Shown piece after piece: positions 42,173-51,627 of a DNA stretch of 64,000 bases. The position numbers and the translations under genes were made by a program. This DNA comes from Chloroflexota bacterium (GTDB taxonomy: Bacteria; Chloroflexota; UBA11872; VXNJ01), in contig OZ253449.1 in the NCBI GenBank assembly GCA_965261345.1, forward strand, positions 2,016,001-2,080,000, given 5' to 3'. The notes beneath the pieces were generated by a model. The model was not told where the DNA came from. It was given only the letters and a program-made list of their open reading frames with translations, and ran no database searches. The stretch's first letter is position 1, and every line of letters begins with the position of its first letter.

Positions 42173-42277
42173 GGCGGCGGTCGCCGGATTGCTACCGCTG
42201 CCGGCCGGAGTTTCCACCGAGAGCGCCGGCCGACTGGCCGGCGGTCCACCCGCGGTGGCACCGTCATCGGGGCCACC
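42173..42277. repeat. 105-bp inverted repeat, right copy
   Basis: See 39452-39556. Confidence 0.92.
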
Positions 42278-43074
42278 ATCGCCGGCATGATGCTCGATGC
42301 CGGCAACCCGGGCGGATTCGTGTTCGAGGGCGCGGCAACTCTGGCGTTCTCGGCCGGACTGGCGTTCATCTTCATCCCGGCCGGGCCGACCAGCCCGTCG
42401 GAACCGCAGCCGTCGCCGCGCACTGAGTTCGGCGAGGGCGTCGACCGGTTGCGCTCGCACCCGGCGTTCATTCGGGTGGTGCTCTCGCGGCTTGTTTTCT
42501 TCGGCGCGGTCCTGGCCGCCGACAACATCCTGCTGTTTAATCTGCGCGACCGCCTGGAGGTTGAGAACCCCGGCCGGTGGTCCTCGATCCTGCTCGGCCT
42601 GCTGCTGGCGACGCCTGCCCGGCGGGCATGATCGGCGACCGCTTCGGCCGCAAGGCGGTGATCTACGCCGCCTGTGGCTGTGGCTGCGCCGGTTCCATCG
42701 GGGCCGCCTTCATCGTCAGTCTGGGCGGTCTGGCCTTCGGGGTCGTGATGCTGGGTTTTGCCCTGGGGGCGTTCACCGCCGGCGATTGGGCGCTGCTGAT
42801 CGACAAGATCCCCAACCCCAACAGCGCCGGCCCCTATCTGGCCCTGGCCAATTTCGCCGGCGCCGGCGGCGGCGCCGGCGGAACGCTGTGGGCCGGGGTA
42901 GCGTTGGACCTGGGCAATAAGGCCAGCGAGCAGATGGGTTTTACGATCGTCTATATGGTCATGGCCGTGCTCATGGTTGCGGCCGGCCTGATCCTGCAGC
43001 CGCTCCAGGACGACGTGGCGCTGCTCAAATCCGGTCTGATAAGCGAAAACGGCCCGGCGTCGCCGGGCGGGTAG
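42254..43074 (+). pseudogene. MFS transporter, 3' part (frameshifted)
   Basis: GGTVIGATIAGMML..., GDRFGRK motif, DWALLIDKIP; continues the 38963 gene in register. Confidence 0.8.
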
Positions 43075-43077
43075 ATC

Positions 43078-43818
43078 ATGCTGGGGCCGCTCGAGGTAAT
43101 TGGTACTGCCCTGGTGCTGTCTCTGGCCGGATTTACCATCGGGGCCATCGGGTTCGGGTTCGCGCTCTCCACAACCCCGTTCCTGCTGCTGTTCCTGGAC
43201 CCGCAGACGGTCGTGACCGTGGTCAACGCGGTGGCCGTGCTGGCCTTTGCGCTGGTACTGATCGAAACCCGGGCCCACGTGCGCTATCGTGAGCACGCCC
43301 CGATCGGAATCGCCGGCATCCTGGGAGCACCGGCCGGCGTGTGGGCGCTGACCAATCTGGATGCCTCGGCGCTGCGGATCGGAATCAGCGCGCTGGTGCT
43401 GGCGGTGACCGTGTTGATCATCACAAATCCCCAGCGACAGGTGCCCTGGCCGGCAATCTCGGGGCCACTGCTGGGCTTTGTAACCGCCGCCTTCGTCGCC
43501 GGCCTCTCGATCGGGGGACCGATCATCGTGCTCTTTTTTCTGGGCAGCGGCATGGGACGCCAGGAACTCCGGGCCGCGGTGGCTTATTTCTCCACCATCG
43601 CCTACGCCGGCGCCTTAAGCGGCTATTTCGTGGAGGGTCTGTACACGTCCGAACGCCTTCTGCTGGTGGCCGCGGCCGTGCCGTTTGTGGCCCTTGGCTA
43701 CTGGCTGGCGGTGCGGCTCACCCGGCACATGAACGCCCGGCGTTTTCGGCAACTGGTGGTCGCGGTCATTACGGTTACCAGCGTCATGGTGCTGGCACGC
43801 GAGATATTGGCCTTCTAG
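43078..43818 (+). CDS. TauE/SafE family sulfite exporter-like membrane protein
   Basis: GAIGFGFAL..P, G.P.G, SIGGP; about 8 TM helices. Confidence 0.88.
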   Translation: MLGPLEVIGTALVLSLAGFTIGAIGFGFALSTTPFLLLFLDPQTVVTVVNAVAVLAFALVLIETRAHVRYREHAPIGIAGILGAPAGVWALTNLDASALRIGISALVLAVTVLIITNPQRQVPWPAISGPLLGFVTAAFVAGLSIGGPIIVLFFLGSGMGRQELRAAVAYFSTIAYAGALSGYFVEGLYTSERLLLVAAAVPFVALGYWLAVRLTRHMNARRFRQLVVAVITVTSVMVLAREILAF

Positions 43819-44089
43819 GCGGACTGCCCAGCGGCCCCGGCACCGGCGTCGCCGGGATCAGGCGCCGGTCTGCTCCAGGTATTCAAGCGCCTTGGCGTAG
43901 CTGTGCTTGGCCAGGAAATGACGCAGCTGGCGGTCGCCGTACGAAAGCGCCCGCTGCTCCACCCGGGCCATCGCCGCGCGCAGCTCTGCGGCGGCGGCCG
44001 TCGATCCCTGGGCCAGTTCTTCAAAGGTCAGGCGCGCGATCGCGCGCCGGTCCTTATAGCGCGCCGACCTGATCTACCATCGCACCCTC

Positions 44090-44456
44090 CTTGGGCGGCA
44101 AAGCGCCGTACGACGTCTTCCTTAAGATCCACACAGGCTGCAACTTCAGCAAGCTCAACAATCTCGCAGCTCGAGTGCGCCTGGGCGATGTCACCGGGCC
44201 CTAGGACGACGAAATCGCGCCCGCGCGGGGCATAAGCAGCTGCGTCGGTACTGTATGGAACCCCGATCAGTTCGGTCCGGCCCAGTTGCCGGCAGGCGGC
44301 GACGCGCACGATCGGCGCGTTCGGGCTGGACTCGACCCCGGCCTCGGCCAAGTAGGGCTGCTCAACCGTGATCGCGGCGTTCCGTTCGAGCAGACCAGCG
44401 ATGTCGGCATACACCGCCATCGGGTCCTTATCCGGCAGCATCCGACGGTTGACCAC
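44090..44456 (-). pseudogene. M20/ArgE-like peptidase, C-terminal remnant
   Basis: NRRMLP, GVPYSTDAA, VLGPGDIAQAHS..E. Confidence 0.8.
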
Positions 44457-46139
44457 GCCCGTTGCCTCACCAAAAAATGTAACCGAAATTTGGGACCGTT
44501 TATTTGACTCCGATTGGCGCGATTTCACTTACGATTTCGGCGTTCTCAACCGCACCATCAGCACCGTTTACGACTCCGTATACAAGCTCTTTGGCCATCA
44601 CCGACCGCCATTGCTTGAGCCTTCGCTGCAACGTCCGCAGCTGCTTGGGCCCGACGGCGTCGGGGTGATCACGCATGAGCACTTTCAGGATCTGCATGCC
44701 GCTGGCGTCGGGATGATCCTGCAGGTAGGTAAGCGCCGCGGGCCAGACGTGCTCTAGGGGGTCGGGGCAAGTCCGCCACCACCTGCGGCGCTTTCGTTTT
44801 GGACGGCGGGTCGGATTTGCATCGCCCTCGCGCCACAGATGAGAGAGCTTGGCCAGGAACTGGGATAGGTCATCCTTTTGCACCTTGCTGCGTTCCTCGG
44901 GCGATGCCAGGGTGGCCAGGGCCGACTGGGCCGCTCGGATCTCGCTAAGGAGGAAAAGCGGATCCAGTTTGGAGCGCTTGTCGCGCAACCCCTCCTTGAC
45001 CTTTTCGGCAACGGCGGGGTGATCGAGCAGGCGCTGGCAGGGAGTTAGCGGACGGTCGTAGCGCTTTTGGGTTCTGGCTCCATAGCGCTGCTTGGAGATC
45101 AGTTTGAAAGACGGTTGGAAGAAATTGGTGTAGAGACCAACTAAGGCAAAGAGTCGGGCCAGGGTCTGTCCGGCGATGAGGCCGGCAAAGCGCTCGTAAC
45201 CGGCAAAGCGTCTGATTACGGCGCCGTTCTTCTGTTCGATGTAGGCCTGATCGTTGGAGCGGTAGGCGCGTGAGCGGGTGAACTCGATTTCACGCTCTTG
45301 GCAGTAATCGATAAGGGTCTGGGAGATAAAGGCGCTGTCGTTGTCAGTATCGATTCCAAGTATTGGCACCGGTACCCGCCCGCCTATAACCTCAAGCGCC
45401 TCGGTCACAAGCGTCTGCTCCCTTGCCAGCAGCGGGACTGCCTCCACCCAGCCCGAGCACACATCGGTAACCGACAGGGACTGGATGAAGCTCCCGGCCA
45501 TGTTGCCACCACAGTGGGCCACCAGATCTATTTCCAGGTAGCCGGGGTCGGGGCCATGCCAATCGGCAAACGTCCGGATCGGGACCTTGGCGTGATGACG
45601 GTTGCGGCGGCGGGGGTGACGCCGTCGACTGCTGCCGGCGGTCTTGCGGACTGGTTTGAGGAGGCGATCGATCGATGCCGGGCTGATCGCGAAGAGCTTG
45701 CTTTTAAGGTCCAGATCAAGCTGCAGGTGGCCATGCCCTTCCAGCGATTCGATCAGGCTGGGCAATATCGCTTGCAACCGTTTGCCGCAGATCCGATCGG
45801 CCGCTTCCCAGAGGATGATCAAAGACTCCCTGACGGCCTCGTCGTAGATGCGGTTTGAGGACTTGGTGGGCGGTGCCGGAGCAGGGCTTGCAGCATTGCC
45901 CAGTATTCGGGTTGCGTATTTGCGGTTGTGGCCAGATAGAGCCACGAACTCGTTAAGGATTCCGCCCTTGTCGATCTTGGACGCCCTCGCATAGCGGCCC
46001 CTTAAGGCCGCTAGCAGCTCCTTCCGCACCGCCCGGCTCAGCTTCTTTCCTCGCATCGGTTGCCTCCCTGTGGATTTGGGTTACAAATCTAGTGAGGCAA
46101 CGGCCCTGTTTGGGTTACAAAAACAGTGAGTCAATGCGC
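44457..46139 (-). mobile_element. intact IS with rve/DDE transposase (ISNCY-like), imperfect IRs, apparent 2-bp TSD (AC)
   Basis: Ends GCCCGTTGCCTCAC..TGTAACC and GGTTACA..GTGAGTCAATGCGC; extra internal IR copy near 46078-46103; removal restores CRAV-VNRR of the argE-like frame. Confidence 0.88.
44500..46056 (-). CDS. DDE (integrase core) transposase
   Basis: EIDLVAHCG, DTDNDSAF, NDQAYIEQKNG, NFFQPSFKL. Confidence 0.92.
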   Translation of the reverse strand: MRGKKLSRAVRKELLAALRGRYARASKIDKGGILNEFVALSGHNRKYATRILGNAASPAPAPPTKSSNRIYDEAVRESLIILWEAADRICGKRLQAILPSLIESLEGHGHLQLDLDLKSKLFAISPASIDRLLKPVRKTAGSSRRRHPRRRNRHHAKVPIRTFADWHGPDPGYLEIDLVAHCGGNMAGSFIQSLSVTDVCSGWVEAVPLLAREQTLVTEALEVIGGRVPVPILGIDTDNDSAFISQTLIDYCQEREIEFTRSRAYRSNDQAYIEQKNGAVIRRFAGYERFAGLIAGQTLARLFALVGLYTNFFQPSFKLISKQRYGARTQKRYDRPLTPCQRLLDHPAVAEKVKEGLRDKRSKLDPLFLLSEIRAAQSALATLASPEERSKVQKDDLSQFLAKLSHLWREGDANPTRRPKRKRRRWWRTCPDPLEHVWPAALTYLQDHPDASGMQILKVLMRDHPDAVGPKQLRTLQRRLKQWRSVMAKELVYGVVNGADGAVENAEIVSEIAPIGVK

Positions 46140-46250
46140 ACGGCCCGACAGCTAGCGGAGACAACGTTCACCTGCACTCCGCCGCTGATCGTCGCGACCG
46201 TCAGCTTGCTGTCACCGCAAAGCGGGTGCGCGGCCGTCGGCATCATCTGC
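46140..46250 (-). pseudogene. M20/ArgE-like peptidase, dimerisation-domain remnant upstream of the IS
   Basis: Minus-strand translation HPLCGDSKLTVATISGGVQVNVVSASCRAV. Confidence 0.75.
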
Positions 46251-46943
46251 GGCGGCAGCCGCATACCGGCGTCTGATAGCCCGCGACCAATTGGCGGTCG
46301 ATACGCTCATCGACCAAGCCCGGCAGCCCGACCCCATTTGCGGCCGGCCAGATAACGTGCAGGGGGCGCTTGATCGAACGGAGGAACCGTTAGGGCAAAC
46401 ATTGCCACCGTTGGGCCTAGGACCGCAATGAACCCGGGGAGATCCACGATGACTGCAAGTTTGCGTTGCCACCGAATGGACTCCTTCGGTAGGTTGAAGC
46501 GAGTGTCCACGCCGGTCGGGTTGAAATCGCGGTAGAAACTTTTAACGATCTTGGAATTGGAGCGAATCGGTTTGCTCGCTACAGTTTCGAAAAATGGGCA
46601 CCGGACGGTGACGCGATCGTCCGCCTTGCTTCGCTTCCGAAATTGAATTGGCTGCAAGTGGAAATCTTGCTTCCGGTGGTCACATCGATGGCGCAACGTA
46701 AATCGCGTCCAATTTTTATGCGCCCGCTACCGATCGGACTGTTGTTGGGCAACGACCGCCGCTAATCGAAGCCAGGGGTGTGGGTCGGAACAATCTCCAA
46801 GCAATGCGCACCCAAATGGGAATCTCCCGCGCCTACACCCTCCACGCCTCTGGCGGCCCAGCGCGGTTTATGGGTGCCTGGCCCCCGGCGGCCTCAAACC
46901 AGTTGAAGGCTTAAGTGGGTCGGTCAATCAGTTCACTGTGTTG

Positions 46944-46964
46944 GAACCTTCCGCTGGAAGGTTC
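46944..46964 (-). terminator. hairpin downstream of tRNA-Val
   Basis: GAACCTTCC-GCT-GGAAGGTTC. Confidence 0.5.
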
Positions 46965-46980
46965 GCAGTACGGGACGTCA

Positions 46981-47057
46981 TGGTGGGCGATGCAGGACTC
47001 GAACCTGCGGCCCCTACGGTGTAAACGTAGTGCTCTAGCCAACTGAGCTAATCGCCC
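46981..47057 (-). tRNA. tRNA-Val (TAC)
   Basis: GGGCGATTAGCTCAGTTGGCTAGAGCACTACGTTTACACCGTAG...GGTTCGAGTCC...CCA. Confidence 0.96.
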
Positions 47058-47072
47058 CTGCGAATAGCCGCT

Positions 47073-47100
47073 CCGAGCCGGGCTTAGGCGCCCGGCTCGG
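47073..47100 (-). terminator. GC-rich hairpin after SPFH gene
   Basis: CCGAGCCGGGC-TTAGGC-GCCCGGCTCGG (11-bp stem). Confidence 0.55.
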
Positions 47101-47109
47101 TCAATCTAT

Positions 47110-47976
47110 TTACAGTGCTTGCGATCCAGCACCCACGGATGCGTCGACGAACACTGGCAGGCCGGTACTCGGACTCACAGGCACGTACACCACGCTGCCG
47201 CCGCTGATTTCCTTGAGGCTGTTTATGTAGAGGAATTGGAGGTATTTGTCAGTAAGCGTCTTGTTGATTTCTAGCTGGGCATCGCGCTCACCGGCTGCTT
47301 CGACTCGCCGTCGCTCGGCTTCCTGAACCTGTACCTGGCGCCTAAAGTCAGCCTGCTGGATCCTCTGTTCTTCAGCGAGTTTGTCATCGATTGCCGTCTG
47401 GATGATCGATGGCAATCGCACATCGCGCAAGAGCACGTTTTCGATCGAGATTCCGCGTGGTTCCAATGCGTTGATCAATTGCTCTTCAATCTGGATTGAA
47501 ACTTGCTCACGACCGGTCGTATAAAGGTCTGAAGCGGTGAACTGGGCAACCACGTCACGAATTGCGTTTCGGATCGCGGGGCGAACGATGATCAATTGGT
47601 AATCCGGGCCGACAGTGCGGAACATTTCAGGGGCGATGAGGAATTCGAGTCGGAAAAGAACGGTGATGTCCAATCCGACGGTTAGTCCTTCGCTGGTTAG
47701 GGTCTGAACCGCGTCATCGGCACCTAAACCGGCTTCCTCGGCGCGCGAGGTCATCGTAAATTCCTGGGTCCGAACATTGAGCTGTTCGAGCGCCGCCCAG
47801 GGCGCCTTCAGCAATAATCCGGCCGGTTTGGCGATCGGGTCAACCACGCCGAAGGTGTGGATCACTCCCGCCTGTCCGACCCCGACGATCCGGACCGAAA
47901 AGAATGCGAATAAGGCGACGAGCGCGATTATTACCACGATCACGCCCAAGGCCATGGAACTGGTTCGAGATTGCAT
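47110..47976 (-). CDS. SPFH/prohibitin family membrane protein
   Basis: N-terminal TM, TSEGL.V.LD, IVRPAIR, VLLRDVRLP, AE-rich coiled coil. Confidence 0.9.
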   Translation of the reverse strand: MQSRTSSMALGVIVVIIALVALFAFFSVRIVGVGQAGVIHTFGVVDPIAKPAGLLLKAPWAALEQLNVRTQEFTMTSRAEEAGLGADDAVQTLTSEGLTVGLDITVLFRLEFLIAPEMFRTVGPDYQLIIVRPAIRNAIRDVVAQFTASDLYTTGREQVSIQIEEQLINALEPRGISIENVLLRDVRLPSIIQTAIDDKLAEEQRIQQADFRRQVQVQEAERRRVEAAGERDAQLEINKTLTDKYLQFLYINSLKEISGGSVVYVPVSPSTGLPVFVDASVGAGSQAL

Positions 47977-48222
47977 GAATACCTTTGGCAGTGGAGGCAG
48001 AGAGGGAAATATCGAAAGCGGCCACGCTTGGCGCCTCGCTTCCGGCGATCAACCACTAACTAAAAATGGTTGTCGCAATCGAACAAATATAGCACCGTCA
48101 AACCTTAAGCCAGTGAAAAGTTGGAGGCAATCTGCAGATCGGGACGGGTAATCTGTGTGAGCATATTGTTGGTGCGATCCGGATCGCAAGCGAGTAAAAC
48201 GACCGCAATGGAGAGCTTTGGA

Positions 48223-49152
48223 ATGGACAAAAAAGTTGGGCTAATCGGAACCGGAATAATGGGTATCGGCATCCTCGGCCGGGTGTTGGCGGCCGGCTAT
48301 CGGGTGCGCGTATACGATTCCAGTGCGGCGACCCTGGAGCGTTGCGTCGAGATGGGCGCCGAGGCCGCTGAATCACCGGCCGAAGCCGCGGCCGGCGCCG
48401 ATTTTGTGCAGGCCGTGCTCCCCGGTCCACCGGAAACTGAGAGCGCGGTCTTCGCTGCGGATGGCGTCGCGTCGGGAATTGCGTCCGGGGCAATCTTTAT
48501 CAATCACGCCACGGTGGATCCGGCCTATGTGATTTCAGTTGCCGACCGCCTGTTGGCAAAGGGCGTGGAGACGATCGATGCGCCGATGTTGCGCGGGCAA
48601 GCGCAGGCTCGCGATGGGGCCCTGGGAATGCCGATCGGCGCCAACCCAGGCGTTTACGAGCGGGCCAGTCACCTGATTGAGCAGATTTCCTCCATGCGTT
48701 TTATGACCGGCGCGGTGGGCACCGGATCGGCCCTCAAGCTGGTCAACAACATGCTCAACTGCACCATCCTGTGCGCGGCCACCGAAGCGGTCGTGCTCGG
48801 CGCCAAAAGTGGACTGAGCCTGGAGACGATGCTGGAGGCTTTTTACATAACCCCAGCACGGGCCCGACATTTCGAGCTGATGCCGCAAACCTTTACCGAG
48901 CGCAACTTTGAACCCGGGTTCATGACCAAGTTGGGGGCCAAGGACATCCGCCTAGCGCTAAAACACGCAACCGACCTGGATGTTCCGATCGCGGTTACCG
49001 CCGCCGCCCAGTCGGTGATGAAGCACGGAGCGGTGCGTTATAGCGAAGAGAACTATCCGGCGATCGTTAAGTACTACGAGGAGGCGGCCGGGGTGACGGT
49101 AAAAGCCGCGGGCGACAAGTTATTTCCGAATTTGCCCGAAGTGGGGGTATAG
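48223..49152 (+). CDS. beta-hydroxyacid dehydrogenase family NAD(P)-dependent oxidoreductase
   Basis: GLIGTGIMG, IDAPM, KLVNN, KDI. Confidence 0.88.
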   Translation: MDKKVGLIGTGIMGIGILGRVLAAGYRVRVYDSSAATLERCVEMGAEAAESPAEAAAGADFVQAVLPGPPETESAVFAADGVASGIASGAIFINHATVDPAYVISVADRLLAKGVETIDAPMLRGQAQARDGALGMPIGANPGVYERASHLIEQISSMRFMTGAVGTGSALKLVNNMLNCTILCAATEAVVLGAKSGLSLETMLEAFYITPARARHFELMPQTFTERNFEPGFMTKLGAKDIRLALKHATDLDVPIAVTAAAQSVMKHGAVRYSEENYPAIVKYYEEAAGVTVKAAGDKLFPNLPEVGV

Positions 49153-49155
49153 GAG

Positions 49156-50196
49156 ATGTCGCTCGGCATCGGATTCATCGGCGCCGGCGGAATTGCCCGC
49201 CTGCGCCACGGACCTGGCCTGCAGGCCATCGACGGGGTCGAACTGGTTGCGGTCGCCAATCGCAGCCAGGAGTCGGGTCGGGCGTTTGCAAATCAATTCG
49301 GGGTTGCCCGCGTGTACTCAAACTGGCGTGCATTGCTCGACGACGACGACGTTGATGCGGTCGTTATTGGCACCTGGCCCTATCTCCACTCGAAATTGTC
49401 AATCGCCGCGCTAGATGCCGGAAAGCACGTTTTCTGTCAGGCGCGCCTGGCCATGGATGCTGCCGACGCGCGCCGCATGGTCGCGGCCAAACAAGCCGCT
49501 GGCAAGACCACAATGGTCTGCCCGCCCCCGCATGGAATGCGATTTGCCGAACGGATCAAGGCCATCGTTTCCAACGGTGAATTGGGACAGATCTTCCACC
49601 TGACAGTGCGGGACTTTACACCCGCCTACTGCGACCCGCAAACCGCATTGCATTGGCGCCAATGCGAATCCCTTTCCGGGGCCAACACGCTGACCCTGGG
49701 GATCGTCTATGAGGTTCTACTGACCTGGTTTGGCATCCGCGCCAAATGGGTCCAGGCGGGCGATGCGATCTTTGTCAAAGATCGCCCCGATGGCGATTCA
49801 CTGGCCCCGGTCGAGCGGCCCGATGCCGTGTTTGTGACCGCCGGACTGGAAAACGGCGGGCTGGCCAGCATTACGTTATCGGGCGTTGCCGGAGGCGGAC
49901 GGCCGGGTCCCCAGATTTCGGCCTACGGCTCAAATGCCAGTCTGCATTGGGAGGCGGGTCCTCCCAGCAGCGAAGGCGGCAGCCTGACGCTATCGCGCGG
50001 TCCCGCCTGGCAACCTGAGCAGTTCGAACCCGACGATCAGGCCGGTTGGCGCGTGGAACGCGATTTCGTAGCGGCCGTCCAGGACGGCAGCAGTCCCCAG
50101 CCCAGCTGGGAATTGGGCCTTGAATATATGCAATTTGTCGAAGCGGTTGAGCGTTCGGCGCGGTCGGGGCTGCGAGTCGAGCCGTCCAGCCTGTAA
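49156..50196 (+). CDS. Gfo/Idh/MocA family oxidoreductase
   Basis: GFIGAGGIA, GTWPYLH, GKHVFCQAR. Confidence 0.88.
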   Translation: MSLGIGFIGAGGIARLRHGPGLQAIDGVELVAVANRSQESGRAFANQFGVARVYSNWRALLDDDDVDAVVIGTWPYLHSKLSIAALDAGKHVFCQARLAMDAADARRMVAAKQAAGKTTMVCPPPHGMRFAERIKAIVSNGELGQIFHLTVRDFTPAYCDPQTALHWRQCESLSGANTLTLGIVYEVLLTWFGIRAKWVQAGDAIFVKDRPDGDSLAPVERPDAVFVTAGLENGGLASITLSGVAGGGRPGPQISAYGSNASLHWEAGPPSSEGGSLTLSRGPAWQPEQFEPDDQAGWRVERDFVAAVQDGSSPQPSWELGLEYMQFVEAVERSARSGLRVEPSSL

Positions 50197-50216
50197 CCGG
50201 GCGGTGGCCACGACGG

Positions 50217-51500
50217 TCAGGCGTCGAGCTGTTCGTCTAAGCCGATCAGGCGGCGATGGCGTTTTCCGGCGGCGATCAGAATCAGCCCGGTTTGGTCAAG
50301 GTCGGAGATCCTGACCGGCCCGCGCTCGCGCCTTTGGTCATTTACCCGAACCGCCCCCTGGGAGAGCAACCGCCGCGCCGCCGAGAGCGAATCGGCCAAC
50401 TGGCAATCGAGTAAGACTTGCCGGAGTTCGATTCCCGCTTCCAGTTGCGACCGCGCATAGGTCAGGTCGGCCCGTTGATCGGAAACGCTGGTGGATCGAT
50501 TGCCAAAAAGCAAATCCTGTTGGGCGCGCGCGGCGGCGCATGCCGCATGCCCATGCACCAGGGTCGTTACCGAGTCGGCCAATAAGCGCTGGGCGACCCG
50601 GGCCGCCGGGTCGGATCGCATCCGCGTGGCGGTTTCTTCGATCTGCGACAACGGGCAGAACGTAAATACTTTCAGCGCCGCCAGCACGTCGTCGTCGGCG
50701 AAGTTGAACCAGTATTGATAGAAGTCAATTACCGGAGTTAGCTCGGTGTCGAGCCAAACGGTTCCCTGTGCGGTCTTGCCCATCTTCTGCCCGGATCGCG
50801 TTTCCAGCAGAGGAAAGACCAAGCCGAAGACCTGCTCGCTAGGGCCCAGAGTTCGCCGGATCAAGTCGGTTCCGGCGACGATGTTGCCGAGCTGGTCGGA
50901 GCCACCGATTTGAAGGCGGCAACCCTGGTCGCGGAATAGATGCAGAAAGTCAAATGCCTGCAGTGCCTGATAGGCAAATTCGGTATACGAAATTCCGGCT
51001 GGCGACCCTATCCGTCGGGCGACCGATTCGCGCCCCAGCATCACCGACATCGGCATGTGCTTACCGATGTCGCGCAGAAATTCGATTAGGCCAAGTTCGC
51101 CCAGCCAGTCGAGATTGTTAACCATCCGGGCGGATGCGTCCGAATCGGAAAAGTCCAGCAAACTCTCAAACTGGGCCGCCTGGGCGGCAATGTTTTGAGC
51201 CAGGGTTGGCCGATCGAGCAGATTGCGCTCGGCGTTCTTGCCCGATGGGTCGCCAATCATGCCGGTGCCGCCACCGAGCACCACGATCGGGCGGTGCCCA
51301 AAGCGCTGGAATCGGGCCAGGGTCAATAGCGGGACCAAATTCCCCACCTGCAGCGACGGTGCGGTCGGATCGAATCCGCAGTAGAGGGTGACCGGGCTTT
51401 GATCGAGAATCTCCGGCAGATGCGGATCAGTGCTGGTGTGCACCAATCCTCGGGCGTCCAATTCGGCAAATATTCCGGGCCTGGGGCTGGCTATGCTCAA
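50217..51500 (-). CDS. tyrS: tyrosine--tRNA ligase
   Basis: YCGFDPTA.SLQVGN, GDPSGK, LQAFDF, QIGGSDQ.GN, KMGKT, S4 domain; TTG start with AAGGA RBS. Confidence 0.95.
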   Translation of the reverse strand: MSIASPRPGIFAELDARGLVHTSTDPHLPEILDQSPVTLYCGFDPTAPSLQVGNLVPLLTLARFQRFGHRPIVVLGGGTGMIGDPSGKNAERNLLDRPTLAQNIAAQAAQFESLLDFSDSDASARMVNNLDWLGELGLIEFLRDIGKHMPMSVMLGRESVARRIGSPAGISYTEFAYQALQAFDFLHLFRDQGCRLQIGGSDQLGNIVAGTDLIRRTLGPSEQVFGLVFPLLETRSGQKMGKTAQGTVWLDTELTPVIDFYQYWFNFADDDVLAALKVFTFCPLSQIEETATRMRSDPAARVAQRLLADSVTTLVHGHAACAAARAQQDLLFGNRSTSVSDQRADLTYARSQLEAGIELRQVLLDCQLADSLSAARRLLSQGAVRVNDQRRERGPVRISDLDQTGLILIAAGKRHRRLIGLDEQLDA

Positions 51501-51627
51501 AGTTGATTTCCTTTGTTGGCCCGCATGCCCAACCAGAGACCCTCGGGTTGGGAATTTACGGTCAATTTTGGGAGATTTGATCCGCGCATATGCAGACTCG
51601 ATTTCCCCAATCTGGGAGGAACGATAA

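Noticed and set aside
40605-42290. 561-aa plus-strand ORF
   Set aside because: Antisense shadow of the AKR gene, typical of high-GC codon bias. The same applies to 8990-10042 and 60928-62028.
43857-44080. Small minus-strand gene (..QLRHFLAKHSYAKALEYLEQ)
   Set aside because: Protein-like but interrupted by a stop and frameshift near its start, and no family was recognised.
51330-51360. TyrS HIGH motif reads QVGN
   Set aside because: All other motifs are intact; treated as a natural variant rather than loss of function.
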